A stretch of DNA of 55,453 nt from a virus. Lineage: Duplodnaviria; Caudoviricetes. The translations under genes were made by a program, and so were the position numbers. Below are positions 46,815 through 54,811 of the stretch, piece by piece (positions within the stretch are counted from its first letter, which is position 1; the number at the start of each line of letters is the position of its first letter). The stretch is taken from positions 1 to 55,453 of the IMG/VR virus record IMGVR_UViG_3300023171_000001; one strand, 5' to 3'. Below the pieces are notes generated by a model. It worked only from the letters and a program-made list of their open reading frames with translations, did no database searches and had not been told where the DNA came from.

Positions 46815-47771
46815 TTATATTGCCCCGCAGCCTTCACCAAATGCACCAGGTGGCAATTGCCACACGTCGGTAAATATCGGTAAATAGTAAATGGTTGAAG
46901 TAGCCGCAGCGATTAATTCAGGTGTTAAGAATTGATAAGGCACACCTTTAGATATTAATTCAGAAAGCGATTCTGTACGCTTCATAGTTACGCCAAAACC
47001 TTTTTCGTAATTGATAAGTATTTCAGCTTTTGAAGGTGATATTGCGGCAGCTGTAGCAAACTGATCTTTGTTACCAAAAATACAGAATTTGCAGCTGCAA
47101 CGACTGAAGCCCAGATAATAACAAGGGTGTACTAAGATTTTCCAACGTTCAATAATTGCCCAAACTTCACCTTCCAACCAGTCACGTACAGGACGGCAAC
47201 GGTATACTTCACGATTCTTGCCAAATGTTCTATCTGGTTCAAATGTTTTGTACTTCGCACGTGCAGGACTTTCTTCACCACGTTCGCCAGATAACACCAA
47301 AGTTCTGATTCCTTTGAATCGTTCCTGGTTAACAATAGCAGCGGCACACGGGTCAATTTTGAGGTATGGCGAACAATATCTGGTCTTTAGGTCAGGCGAT
47401 ATTTGCGGGAACTTCCTTCTGGTAGATAGTTTTCCCCTGGTACCTCCGATTTGCATACGGCCTTCAGGCGTTTCAAATACTGTAGGGGCTGTTAGGCTGT
47501 TTTCTCTCAACATTTCACGCTCAAACCCGCCAACCTTCCAAGAAAAATAAATGGGAACGCCAAAAGCTTCTGCAAATTTTCTGCAATAGTCTTCTGTGCA
47601 TTCCCAGTCAAATAATATTTTACCTTCACCGTCAACTAAATGGTGCCACAACTCTATTTTAGATTTGTCAACGCCATTTTCTAACAGCCATAAAAAAGAA
47701 GCAATTGAATCTTTGCCAGCACTAAAAGTAACAAGATATTTGTCAAAGGAATTTAGTTCTAACAGGTTCAT
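46815..47771 (-). CDS. PAPS reductase/DndC-like (PP-loop, Fe-S) family protein
   Basis: FSAGKDS PP-loop, RYCS..LKI, GERGEES.AR, HPCY.LG.SRCSC.FC. Confidence 0.9.
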   Translation of the reverse strand: MNLLELNSFDKYLVTFSAGKDSIASFLWLLENGVDKSKIELWHHLVDGEGKILFDWECTEDYCRKFAEAFGVPIYFSWKVGGFEREMLRENSLTAPTVFETPEGRMQIGGTRGKLSTRRKFPQISPDLKTRYCSPYLKIDPCAAAIVNQERFKGIRTLVLSGERGEESPARAKYKTFEPDRTFGKNREVYRCRPVRDWLEGEVWAIIERWKILVHPCYYLGFSRCSCKFCIFGNKDQFATAAAISPSKAEILINYEKGFGVTMKRTESLSELISKGVPYQFLTPELIAAATSTIYYLPIFTDVWQLPPGAFGEGCGAI

Positions 47772-47830
47772 TTTCTTCTTCGTTTCGTAATAATGAAACA
47801 AAGTAAGTCAAAAAGGCATTACAAAACAAG
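47772..47830 (-). promoter_or_regulatory. Early promoter with operator and conserved leader
   Basis: The - strand reads cTTGttttgtaatgcctttttgacTTACTTTG; operator 47802-47823; leader AAACGAAGAAGAAA. Confidence 0.75.
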
Positions 47831-47837
47831 TAAAAGG

Positions 47838-48053
47838 TTAAAAATTTAGTTGTTCGTCCTCCCAGGTGTTTAGCTTGTCAAGGTATTTGCCTTTTATACC
47901 TCCTTTGGCTATGCCTTTTCTGACCTTTTCCAGTGCCTTGTTCCTGGCTTCTGTGGCGGTTCTGCCTTTCACAATCATTTGTTGTGATTCAATTGCAATT
48001 TGTACTTTGAAGGTTCTAAGACTTCCCTTTTGCCCACTTTTCAATTTCTTCAT
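47838..48053 (-). CDS. Small basic hypothetical protein
   Basis: V.GRTA.EAR.KAL; overlaps the upstream gene. Confidence 0.65.
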   Translation of the reverse strand: MKKLKSGQKGSLRTFKVQIAIESQQMIVKGRTATEARNKALEKVRKGIAKGGIKGKYLDKLNTWEDEQLNF

Positions 48054-49671
48054 ATCCTTTTGATTTTTTATTTATGTCCCAAATTGATTTGTAAATTTCG
48101 TTTTGATAATCGTCGGCCTTTGCGATCAACTGAAGGTATACAGGTGAAGCACTGCGGAAAACTGGGTTTGGAAAGTGTTTTAATTTGGTGGTGCATTTTT
48201 CACCAGTATTTGGGTGTAAAAGATTTACAAAGGTTTCCCCGTCAGTGATACTAAACCCTGTAATTACACCTCGAAAATTATTGTAATGGCATTGTACTAT
48301 GTCACCCTTTTCAAAGGTCAGTGTGGCAGTTTCTGGTACCACTGGCGAAGGTTTAGATTCGTCGGGAACTTCAATAAACAAGGCTTCCCTACGTGAAAAA
48401 TTTTGCAGCAAATCAAAAAGATACTTTGTGTAACCTATAGGGGTTCGTTTTCCTGTAGAATCAGTTATAACAATATCTTGACTATTCCAGTCAAGATTAA
48501 ATGCAACTGATTTTTCATTACCTTTTGGGAAGTTACGGACATAAATAGAAGTCGGCCTGTAGTTACCAATAATGTCAACAAAAGCTTTGTATGACGACAT
48601 AAGCCCGTCAGGGAATAGTATAATTTGCTTTGGCGGGTTCGCTGGTGCTTCTTTGGTCGCTGGCTTAACTTCAAAATACTTTTCATTGTCCACTAAAATG
48701 TATAGGTTTTTGTGGCCTTCATCTTGTCTTATATCGTGAAAGAATTCAGTATAAGATTGAAAAATAGAAATTTGATTAAAAAGCTTTTTATCAATCTTTA
48801 ATTTTCCAGATTCATTTTCAAGTATTTCAACAACTGGGTTGATTTCAAGTTTATTGAAAATGTATTTAGGTTTCGTTTTAAGACACATTATAAAATGCTT
48901 AATTAATATTTCTTCATGGCTGTCAAACAAAAACACCTTAGTTTGATTTGCTTCTGCCAGTTCAGCTTTTTCAAGTTCGTCAGCAAATGATTCTACTTTT
49001 TCAAGTTCTTCTTCAGAAGGATTGATTTTTGCAGGCCAAACATAAAGCGTTTTCATGTCATAGTCTTTTTCCAGGTCTTTGTATAACCCATAAATTGACC
49101 CTGTTTTGTTGCCTTTTTTATCGTTGTTTAAAATATATTCAATAACTTCTTCATCTATGTATTGAAGGATTTCGGCAACAACATAGTCTTCTTCCTTGTC
49201 GGTAAATATCAACCCTGGTTGTATTGTTAGAATTGTATTGACGAAATCCAAAGCTGTGTCTACTTTCCTTTTCTTCAAAAGGTAAATACGTTGTTCAGGC
49301 ATTCTTTCAGGCTCAATATTTTCTTCAGCTTCTGGGATATTGTTGTAAGGTGCTGGTTCAATCTTTTCGTCGTTGCCTGTGATATTGATATTGAAGAAGA
49401 CTTTCCCCAGATCGTACAACCCGTTAATATTCTTATACAAGTGTTCTAAGGTTGAAGCCCTATTAGTCGAAGAAACACCGCCTTTTGTTATGGTATAATC
49501 AATGCTGTCTTCCTTCATACTGATCTGTACAACTTCCTTTACATCCCCGTTAATATCCTCAATCCAAAGAACGGTTGGTTCGTGTTCTTTCAATCGGTGA
49601 ATTGCGGTTAAAAGTGGTGGTGTGCGTGCCGTCGCACCTTCTGCTTTGTCTACTAGATAAATTCTTTCCAT
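48016..49671 (-). CDS. Repeat-domain protein with a C-terminal SH3-like domain (551 aa)
   Basis: About 4 internal [KR].[IV]YL...P..I[FY] units; C-terminal FEKGDIVQCHYNNFRGVIT...YLQLIAKADDYQN. Confidence 0.8.
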   Translation of the reverse strand: MERIYLVDKAEGATARTPPLLTAIHRLKEHEPTVLWIEDINGDVKEVVQISMKEDSIDYTITKGGVSSTNRASTLEHLYKNINGLYDLGKVFFNINITGNDEKIEPAPYNNIPEAEENIEPERMPEQRIYLLKKRKVDTALDFVNTILTIQPGLIFTDKEEDYVVAEILQYIDEEVIEYILNNDKKGNKTGSIYGLYKDLEKDYDMKTLYVWPAKINPSEEELEKVESFADELEKAELAEANQTKVFLFDSHEEILIKHFIMCLKTKPKYIFNKLEINPVVEILENESGKLKIDKKLFNQISIFQSYTEFFHDIRQDEGHKNLYILVDNEKYFEVKPATKEAPANPPKQIILFPDGLMSSYKAFVDIIGNYRPTSIYVRNFPKGNEKSVAFNLDWNSQDIVITDSTGKRTPIGYTKYLFDLLQNFSRREALFIEVPDESKPSPVVPETATLTFEKGDIVQCHYNNFRGVITGFSITDGETFVNLLHPNTGEKCTTKLKHFPNPVFRSASPVYLQLIAKADDYQNEIYKSIWDINKKSKGYEEIEKWAKGKS

Positions 49672-49701
49672 GTTTTTGATTTTGATTGATTGTTAAGACA
49701 A

Positions 49702-51315
49702 TTATTTATTTGAATCGCCAAAAACCGCCATGTAAGCGGCATTTTGATAGTCTTCTGCTTTCGCTATTAGTTGTAAATATTTTGGATATAGAAAATCCTT
49801 CCTAAAATGCTTTGAATGCGTTACACAAGTCTTTCCGCTTTTCGGGTCACGAAGAAATATTTCCACGTTTTCAAATTCTGTACCGTCTTCAGAATCGCCA
49901 AACTTTGTGATTATACCTCTGAAGTTGTGAAAATGACAGTGTACAACGTCGCCAACTTCAAAATAATGCGGGATTCTGCCAACTTTTGAAAGTTCCTTCT
50001 GACCTTTTAGGAATTCTTGAAGCTTTTCGGAATCTATGGTTAAATCAAATTCTAAAGTTTCTATTCGCTTCCTGGTTGGTTTAAATTTAGGTTTTTCAAT
50101 CGGTGGTAGTGGTTTGAGAATCTCTGAAAAATCGTTCAAATGAGAAATTACCTTTTTAGGTTTCGGCACAGGTTCAGAAAATTCTTGTATTTCTTCAATG
50201 ATTTCTTCAGGACTATCTTGCAACCTAAGCCTGTTTGTTCTCCTGGCCTCACGCTTTTCTTCTTTCTCCTTTTCGGTAGCTTTGACTTTATTGGCTTTCT
50301 CCCTGGCTTCCGCTTCTTCACGTTCTTTGGCTTCTTCTTCACGCACACGTTTTTTAAGTTCTTCTTCTTCCTTTTTGAAGTCGGCATGGTATTGTTTTAG
50401 CGGATAAACCAGGTAATAGAATTGCATTAGGTTGAATTCGGCAGAACCGTAAACATTATGATAGAAATCAGTAAAGCTGTCAATATATTCGGCTTTGGTT
50501 TCGTTTTCAATGAATCGAACCTGGTCTTCAGTGATTTCCTTAATCATGTATACCAGTTTAGCGTTTTTGGAAGCATCTGAAAATATTTCTTCAGGCAAGT
50601 ATTTCTTCAAGCTATGCTTTAAAATATCGCTTCCCAGTTCGTGCGTTAACCGTGGCTTAGGAAAGATGAATTCTTTCTTTTTGGTCGCAGCTTTTTCACG
50701 GTCTTCAACGAATATTTCAGTCTTGACCCAAATGTGGGTTATCTCTGAACAAACTTCATTAAACCACTTAAATAAATCACTGTACGATTCTTGATAGACC
50801 AAACCCGCTGTCTGTCTATAAACAACCCTTTCGTCATTGATTTCTAAAACGTCAGCAATTTTATATTCCTTGAATTTACTTTTGGATATATCACAAAAAA
50901 TCTCTTTTGGTAGCAATGTTTTTAACTTTTGCTCGGTTTCAATATCAAAATAATCCTTTGTTTTTCTTCTTTTAACGTCGTTTCCTATTCCAGTGACAAA
51001 ATACATACTTTCAAAAAGATATTTCTTTGTATAATCACCTTCCTGAACTTCTTCTTCAGGCACGTTAATAAATAGCGTATAGAAATAACTAAGAGTTAGA
51101 AGCTTTCTAACAAATTCGTCTTTTTGTGCTGAAACTGTTTCACTGGAATTTCTGCCAGCACAAAAGCGTATAGTGTTTTGATTATAACCAAAAATTGAAA
51201 AAGTCGGGTGTTCGGTATCTGGAACAGAAAAGATTTCTACAGGCTTATATTTATAAAGCTTTTCCAAAAAGTATTTCGGTTCTGGCTTTGTCGGGTCAAA
51301 CAAGTAAACTTTCAT
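49702..51315 (-). CDS. Repeat-domain protein with a C-terminal SH3-like domain (537 aa), paralog of 48016..49671
   Basis: About 3 units (Y.P.EIF), a charged linker, then FEVGDVVHCHFHNFRGIIT...YLQLIAKAEDYQN. Confidence 0.8.
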   Translation of the reverse strand: MKVYLFDPTKPEPKYFLEKLYKYKPVEIFSVPDTEHPTFSIFGYNQNTIRFCAGRNSSETVSAQKDEFVRKLLTLSYFYTLFINVPEEEVQEGDYTKKYLFESMYFVTGIGNDVKRRKTKDYFDIETEQKLKTLLPKEIFCDISKSKFKEYKIADVLEINDERVVYRQTAGLVYQESYSDLFKWFNEVCSEITHIWVKTEIFVEDREKAATKKKEFIFPKPRLTHELGSDILKHSLKKYLPEEIFSDASKNAKLVYMIKEITEDQVRFIENETKAEYIDSFTDFYHNVYGSAEFNLMQFYYLVYPLKQYHADFKKEEEELKKRVREEEAKEREEAEAREKANKVKATEKEKEEKREARRTNRLRLQDSPEEIIEEIQEFSEPVPKPKKVISHLNDFSEILKPLPPIEKPKFKPTRKRIETLEFDLTIDSEKLQEFLKGQKELSKVGRIPHYFEVGDVVHCHFHNFRGIITKFGDSEDGTEFENVEIFLRDPKSGKTCVTHSKHFRKDFLYPKYLQLIAKAEDYQNAAYMAVFGDSNK

Positions 51316-51336
51316 ATTGATTGCTTTTAAATGGTG

Positions 51337-51359
51337 AAAGCCTGGTGTGTACCAGGCTT
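51337..51359 (-). terminator. Hairpin terminator
   Basis: AAAGCCTGGT-gtgt-ACCAGGCTT. Confidence 0.7.
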
Positions 51360-51364
51360 ATAAA

Positions 51365-51658
51365 TTATAAAGATTCTAGTTCCATTTCCAGTAGAACCAG
51401 TTCGGCTTTGTGGAGGACAATTAAAGCTTCTACAAAGTGCATTGCCAAATCTTTGAACGGCTGTGTTTTGATTTCAAAATAATAAGAAGAACTATCAGAA
51501 ATTGAAACGCCAGTAACACGGGTTGATTTTACACTTGTCCTTTGTTCGTCGTCAATTTTTTCGGGTTCGTTGAAAGATTCTAACAGCTGAAGAATACTTT
51601 TCTTTCTGTCAATGTGGGCATTAACTTCTAATGCCCGTTTTAATGATGCTGGTTTCAT
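51365..51658 (-). CDS. Hypothetical protein
   Basis: 97-aa ORF with an A-rich leader. Confidence 0.65.
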   Translation of the reverse strand: MKPASLKRALEVNAHIDRKKSILQLLESFNEPEKIDDEQRTSVKSTRVTGVSISDSSSYYFEIKTQPFKDLAMHFVEALIVLHKAELVLLEMELESL

Positions 51659-51671
51659 TGATATTTTGATT

Positions 51672-51833
51672 TTAAATTGTTACTGAATAAATACTAGCCT
51701 CCCCGTAAAAGGTCGCTTCTTTGGCCGTAAAAAAAATGCTGGTGGTTTTTAGGAACTTGCGTTTTTGCGGTTCCTTCTGGTTTGCAAGATTGCAAAGTTG
51801 TATTGCAATGCTGCGTTTTTGCGTGTTGCTCAT
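51672..51833 (-). CDS. 53-aa early protein (not in ORF track)
   Basis: MSNTQKRSIAIQLCNLANQ...; lies directly after the promoter and conserved leader 51837-51851. Confidence 0.65.
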   Translation of the reverse strand: MSNTQKRSIAIQLCNLANQKEPQKRKFLKTTSIFFTAKEATFYGEASIYSVTI

Positions 51834-51836
51834 GTT

Positions 51837-51897
51837 GTTCTTTTTTCGTTTTGTAATAATGAAACAAAGTAAGTCAAAAAAGAATTACAAGTCAAGC
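51837..51897 (-). promoter_or_regulatory. Early promoter with operator and conserved leader
   Basis: The - strand reads cTTGacttgtaattcttttttgacTTACTTTG; operator 51868-51889; near-identical to the 47.8 kb promoter. Confidence 0.75.
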
Positions 51898-51905
51898 TTT
51901 TTTGT

Positions 51906-51936
51906 AAAAAAAATAACCAGGTGGCGGCCTGGTTAT
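51906..51936 (-). terminator. Rho-independent terminator
   Basis: AAAAAAAATAACCAGG-tggcgg-CCTGGTTAT. Confidence 0.8.
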
Positions 51937-51948
51937 CTGCGAAGCTTG

Positions 51949-52458
51949 TTATTTTTTTAAATCCAAAAAAATCATTGTAAAGTCAGCTTCTGATTTTCTG
52001 GATTTTACTATTTTTAGATAGTCTGGATTCTCGGTTTTCAATACTTCCTTGATTTCATCTAAATTATAATTCTTGCCATTTATGTACCTATTTCCTTTTG
52101 TAGAATGAAAGCCATAAACATGAAAACTTGGGTTAAATCTTGAAAGCTGGCATATTTTCAAAAACGTTTCAGTGTTGTTAAGATGTAAGCAGCCATAAGC
52201 ATCAAAAGCAAGTTTTTCTTCCTTAATGGGTTTGACTTCCTTGTTAGGATTTTCTTCAGAAAACTGTTTTTCATAGTACAATACAGAAAGCCGTGCATAT
52301 TCTTCTGGGTCAATCAAGTCACGCTTAAAAAGCCAATCCTTAAAGCTTATTCTTTGCGGGTGCAACATTATCCCGTCTGACATAATGAATTCACTTTGAT
52401 ACATCGAACGAAGAATTAATTCCAAAGATTTTGAGTAATTAAAGGTTGTTTCACGCAT
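51949..52458 (-). CDS. Hypothetical protein
   Basis: 169-aa coupled ORF. Confidence 0.7.
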   Translation of the reverse strand: MRETTFNYSKSLELILRSMYQSEFIMSDGIMLHPQRISFKDWLFKRDLIDPEEYARLSVLYYEKQFSEENPNKEVKPIKEEKLAFDAYGCLHLNNTETFLKICQLSRFNPSFHVYGFHSTKGNRYINGKNYNLDEIKEVLKTENPDYLKIVKSRKSEADFTMIFLDLKK

Positions 52459-52984
52459 GATTTTCGGGTTGATAAATGTTTTCTAAATTAAAATTACAGA
52501 CCGCATTGTGAAGGTCTTTTGCATAGAAATTGTAAATTTCCTTCATGTTTACATCAAACAATAAGTAAAGGTGTAATGATGTAGCGAACCAGGCATTTGA
52601 TTCTTCAATTTCTTTGGTGTTACATGGTACTGAAAGGGTAAATGCTTCTTCCCATTCTGAAATAATCATACCTGTGTACAAAGGACTATTCAACTTGTAT
52701 TTTTCAACGAATGCATTTGCATTACACCAGATACAAACACAAATCTTTGTCCTAAGCAGCTGCACGAAACTTGAATCAATTAAGGTTCTCCTTTGATAGT
52801 CACCGCACAAACCCTTTTCATAGCCATGACCTAAAAAAACAATTCTATCATACTGGGAAATGATTTTTCTAAGCTTTCCCCGACTGATTTTATTATCAGT
52901 AATGCGATCAAAAAATAAACCCTGGTAGGCTTTCATTAGAAAGTCTGTACTTTCATCTTTGGGGTGAATTATCAGGGTTTTCAT
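52451..52984 (-). CDS. Putative caspase/gingipain-fold (clan CD) cysteine peptidase
   Basis: IVFLGHG....L followed about 30 aa later by CVCIWCNA, matching His-Gly and Cys dyad spacing. Confidence 0.5.
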   Translation of the reverse strand: MKTLIIHPKDESTDFLMKAYQGLFFDRITDNKISRGKLRKIISQYDRIVFLGHGYEKGLCGDYQRRTLIDSSFVQLLRTKICVCIWCNANAFVEKYKLNSPLYTGMIISEWEEAFTLSVPCNTKEIEESNAWFATSLHLYLLFDVNMKEIYNFYAKDLHNAVCNFNLENIYQPENHA

Positions 52985-53220
52985 ATTATCTCGAATTCTT
53001 CAATTGATAATTTACTTGTTTGGTTCTGAAAAAAATACGGGTCGTGTTTGCTTGTTGCCTTCCAGCGTTCCCGCTTTGGGTTGTCTGATAGCCTGGAATT
53101 ATCTTCTTCAACACGAATTAAAATCCTTTTCTGTGCGTCTTCAAGCTTGTAGAAAAAGGGTTGTTCATACATTGGTGCATCATAAGGCATTTCTTCAGAA
53201 ATTGCATAAATCTTTTCCAT
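52981..53220 (-). CDS. Hypothetical protein
   Basis: Coupled ORF. Confidence 0.65.
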   Translation of the reverse strand: MEKIYAISEEMPYDAPMYEQPFFYKLEDAQKRILIRVEEDNSRLSDNPKRERWKATSKHDPYFFQNQTSKLSIEEFEII

Positions 53221-53256
53221 TTTGATATTAACCTAATATTAGGTCTATGTTTAAAG

Positions 53257-53517
53257 TTAAATAAAATACAGGCATGGAAAACCGTTCTGAACATACAAGT
53301 GAATTGTCGCAAATCCTGGTAGGTTTCTGACCAGCTTATTACAAACAAATACGTTTTCATAGCCTTCTTTTTGCTTAAACTGAACTGTAACGGCCTGGCC
53401 TAATTCTGGGGCATCGTCTTGAAAGTTTTGCACTGTGACGTTGAAAGGTGCAATTGTTTCGTCTTTTGAAAATGTCGCAAGGTACATTTCGAGTAATTTT
53501 GTTTCTCTGGGTGTCAT
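53257..53517 (-). CDS. Hypothetical protein
   Basis: 86-aa ORF. Confidence 0.65.
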   Translation of the reverse strand: MTPRETKLLEMYLATFSKDETIAPFNVTVQNFQDDAPELGQAVTVQFKQKEGYENVFVCNKLVRNLPGFATIHLYVQNGFPCLYFI

Positions 53518-53531
53518 TGGTATGAAAGATT

Positions 53532-53553
53532 AAAGCCCTCACTGGGAGGGCTT
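53532..53553 (-). terminator. Hairpin terminator
   Basis: AAAGCCCTC-actgg-GAGGGCTT. Confidence 0.65.
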
Positions 53554-53557
53554 GAAA

Positions 53558-54076
53558 TTATTTGATTAAAAATCTATAATGTGGCTTCTGAATATCACCC
53601 CAGGCAAGGATTGTGAAGGCGTGAACCGTTTTTGTACCGTCGCTTACAAAACAATCAAGGTTTTGATTTAGAAAGTTTGTTGTGATTGACAAAACTTTGT
53701 CAGTGAAAAGGCCTTTTTGTACTATGCGATAGGTTAATTTCTCAATTGACGCTTTATAATGTTCTTCCCCGTTCTTGACCTCTTTTTCGACAAATGCAGC
53801 TTCACCCATTTTTGAAAGCCTCCAAGATTTGCTTCTTAATGCGTCACCAGCTTTTGAAATTGTCCTGTAGCTTTCACGAACACCTGTAAGTTTGAAATTA
53901 TAGTTTACAGTTACCCCGTGTTTCTCTAACCATTCCTGATTCGTATAATTGGCAAGTGATTTATATCTTGCAAATTCTTTAATGGCGTGTTCTGCTACTT
54001 TCACCAGATACAAAGCTTTGAAATCCTGGGTTTGCTTAATAATCTGGTTGTAGATTGGTAATTCTTTTTCGTTCAT
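53558..54076 (-). CDS. Conserved phage hypothetical protein
   Basis: C-terminal FTILAWG.IQKPHYRFLIK motif. Confidence 0.75.
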   Translation of the reverse strand: MNEKELPIYNQIIKQTQDFKALYLVKVAEHAIKEFARYKSLANYTNQEWLEKHGVTVNYNFKLTGVRESYRTISKAGDALRSKSWRLSKMGEAAFVEKEVKNGEEHYKASIEKLTYRIVQKGLFTDKVLSITTNFLNQNLDCFVSDGTKTVHAFTILAWGDIQKPHYRFLIK

Positions 54077-54112
54077 TGTAGTAAGTATAAAAAGGGGCTT
54101 TCACCCCGTAGA

Positions 54113-54376
54113 TTAATAAGCTAATTGTGAAAGGTAATTGTAACAAGCAATTGCATCCGCAAAAGCGTCTTCAATGAAAGAAACGATTTCTTCAATCGTT
54201 GTGCTTTCTGTGATATTTGCGAAGTCTGAAAACGGCATTACATCACCGTTTGATATAGAAGAAGGATATTCAACTACAACGTTATTGTCTACTAACTCGC
54301 AAACAAATCCGTCTACTGAAGAAAGATTAAATTCTACTTGATTTTTTGCTTCTTGAAATAATGTAATTGCGTTCAT
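54113..54376 (-). CDS. Small highly acidic early protein
   Basis: 87 aa with about 14 D/E against 1 K; first gene after the leftward early promoter. Confidence 0.75.
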   Translation of the reverse strand: MNAITLFQEAKNQVEFNLSSVDGFVCELVDNNVVVEYPSSISNGDVMPFSDFANITESTTIEEIVSFIEDAFADAIACYNYLSQLAY

Positions 54377-54525
54377 GTTCTTGTTTCGTTTAAATGATGA
54401 TACAAAGTAAGTCAATTAATACTTACAAGTCAAGGAATATTTGATTTATTTTTCAAAATAAATGTAATTCAAAAAAGTATTACATTTTACTTGTTTTGTA
54501 AGTCTGTTTTTGTTTACATTTGCAA
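54377..54525. promoter_or_regulatory. Divergent early promoter region with three operator-like palindromes
   Basis: Leftward cTTG-N20-TTACTTTG and rightward TTG..TACATTTG (54515-54522); (T/A)GTAA-N12-TTACA at 54406-54427, 54463-54484 and 54497-54518. Confidence 0.75.
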
Positions 54526-54562
54526 AATAAAAAAAGTAATTACCAATCTTAAAATCAATTTC

Positions 54563-54811
54563 ATGGAAAAAACAATTCCTATGCCGCCAAATGGGGCATA
54601 TCTTAATGAATTCGCTTCAGCTATTCGTGCTGAAGAAGAACTTTCACAAGCAGAAATGGCCAGGAAGTTAGGATTGAGTGCAAGACAAACCTATTACAAT
54701 ATTGAAACAGGACGCAAAGCAATGGGTTTGAACTTCCTGTCTAAAATTTGCAAAACGTTTGGGTATTCGATTTCTATCACGATTAAAAAAGACGAAAATG
54801 AAGGCAGCTAA
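54563..54811 (+). CDS. XRE-family (Cro/C1-type) HTH transcriptional regulator
   Basis: IRAEEELSQAEMARKLGLSARQTYYNIETGRK..GL..L.KI. Confidence 0.9.
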   Translation: MEKTIPMPPNGAYLNEFASAIRAEEELSQAEMARKLGLSARQTYYNIETGRKAMGLNFLSKICKTFGYSISITIKKDENEGS

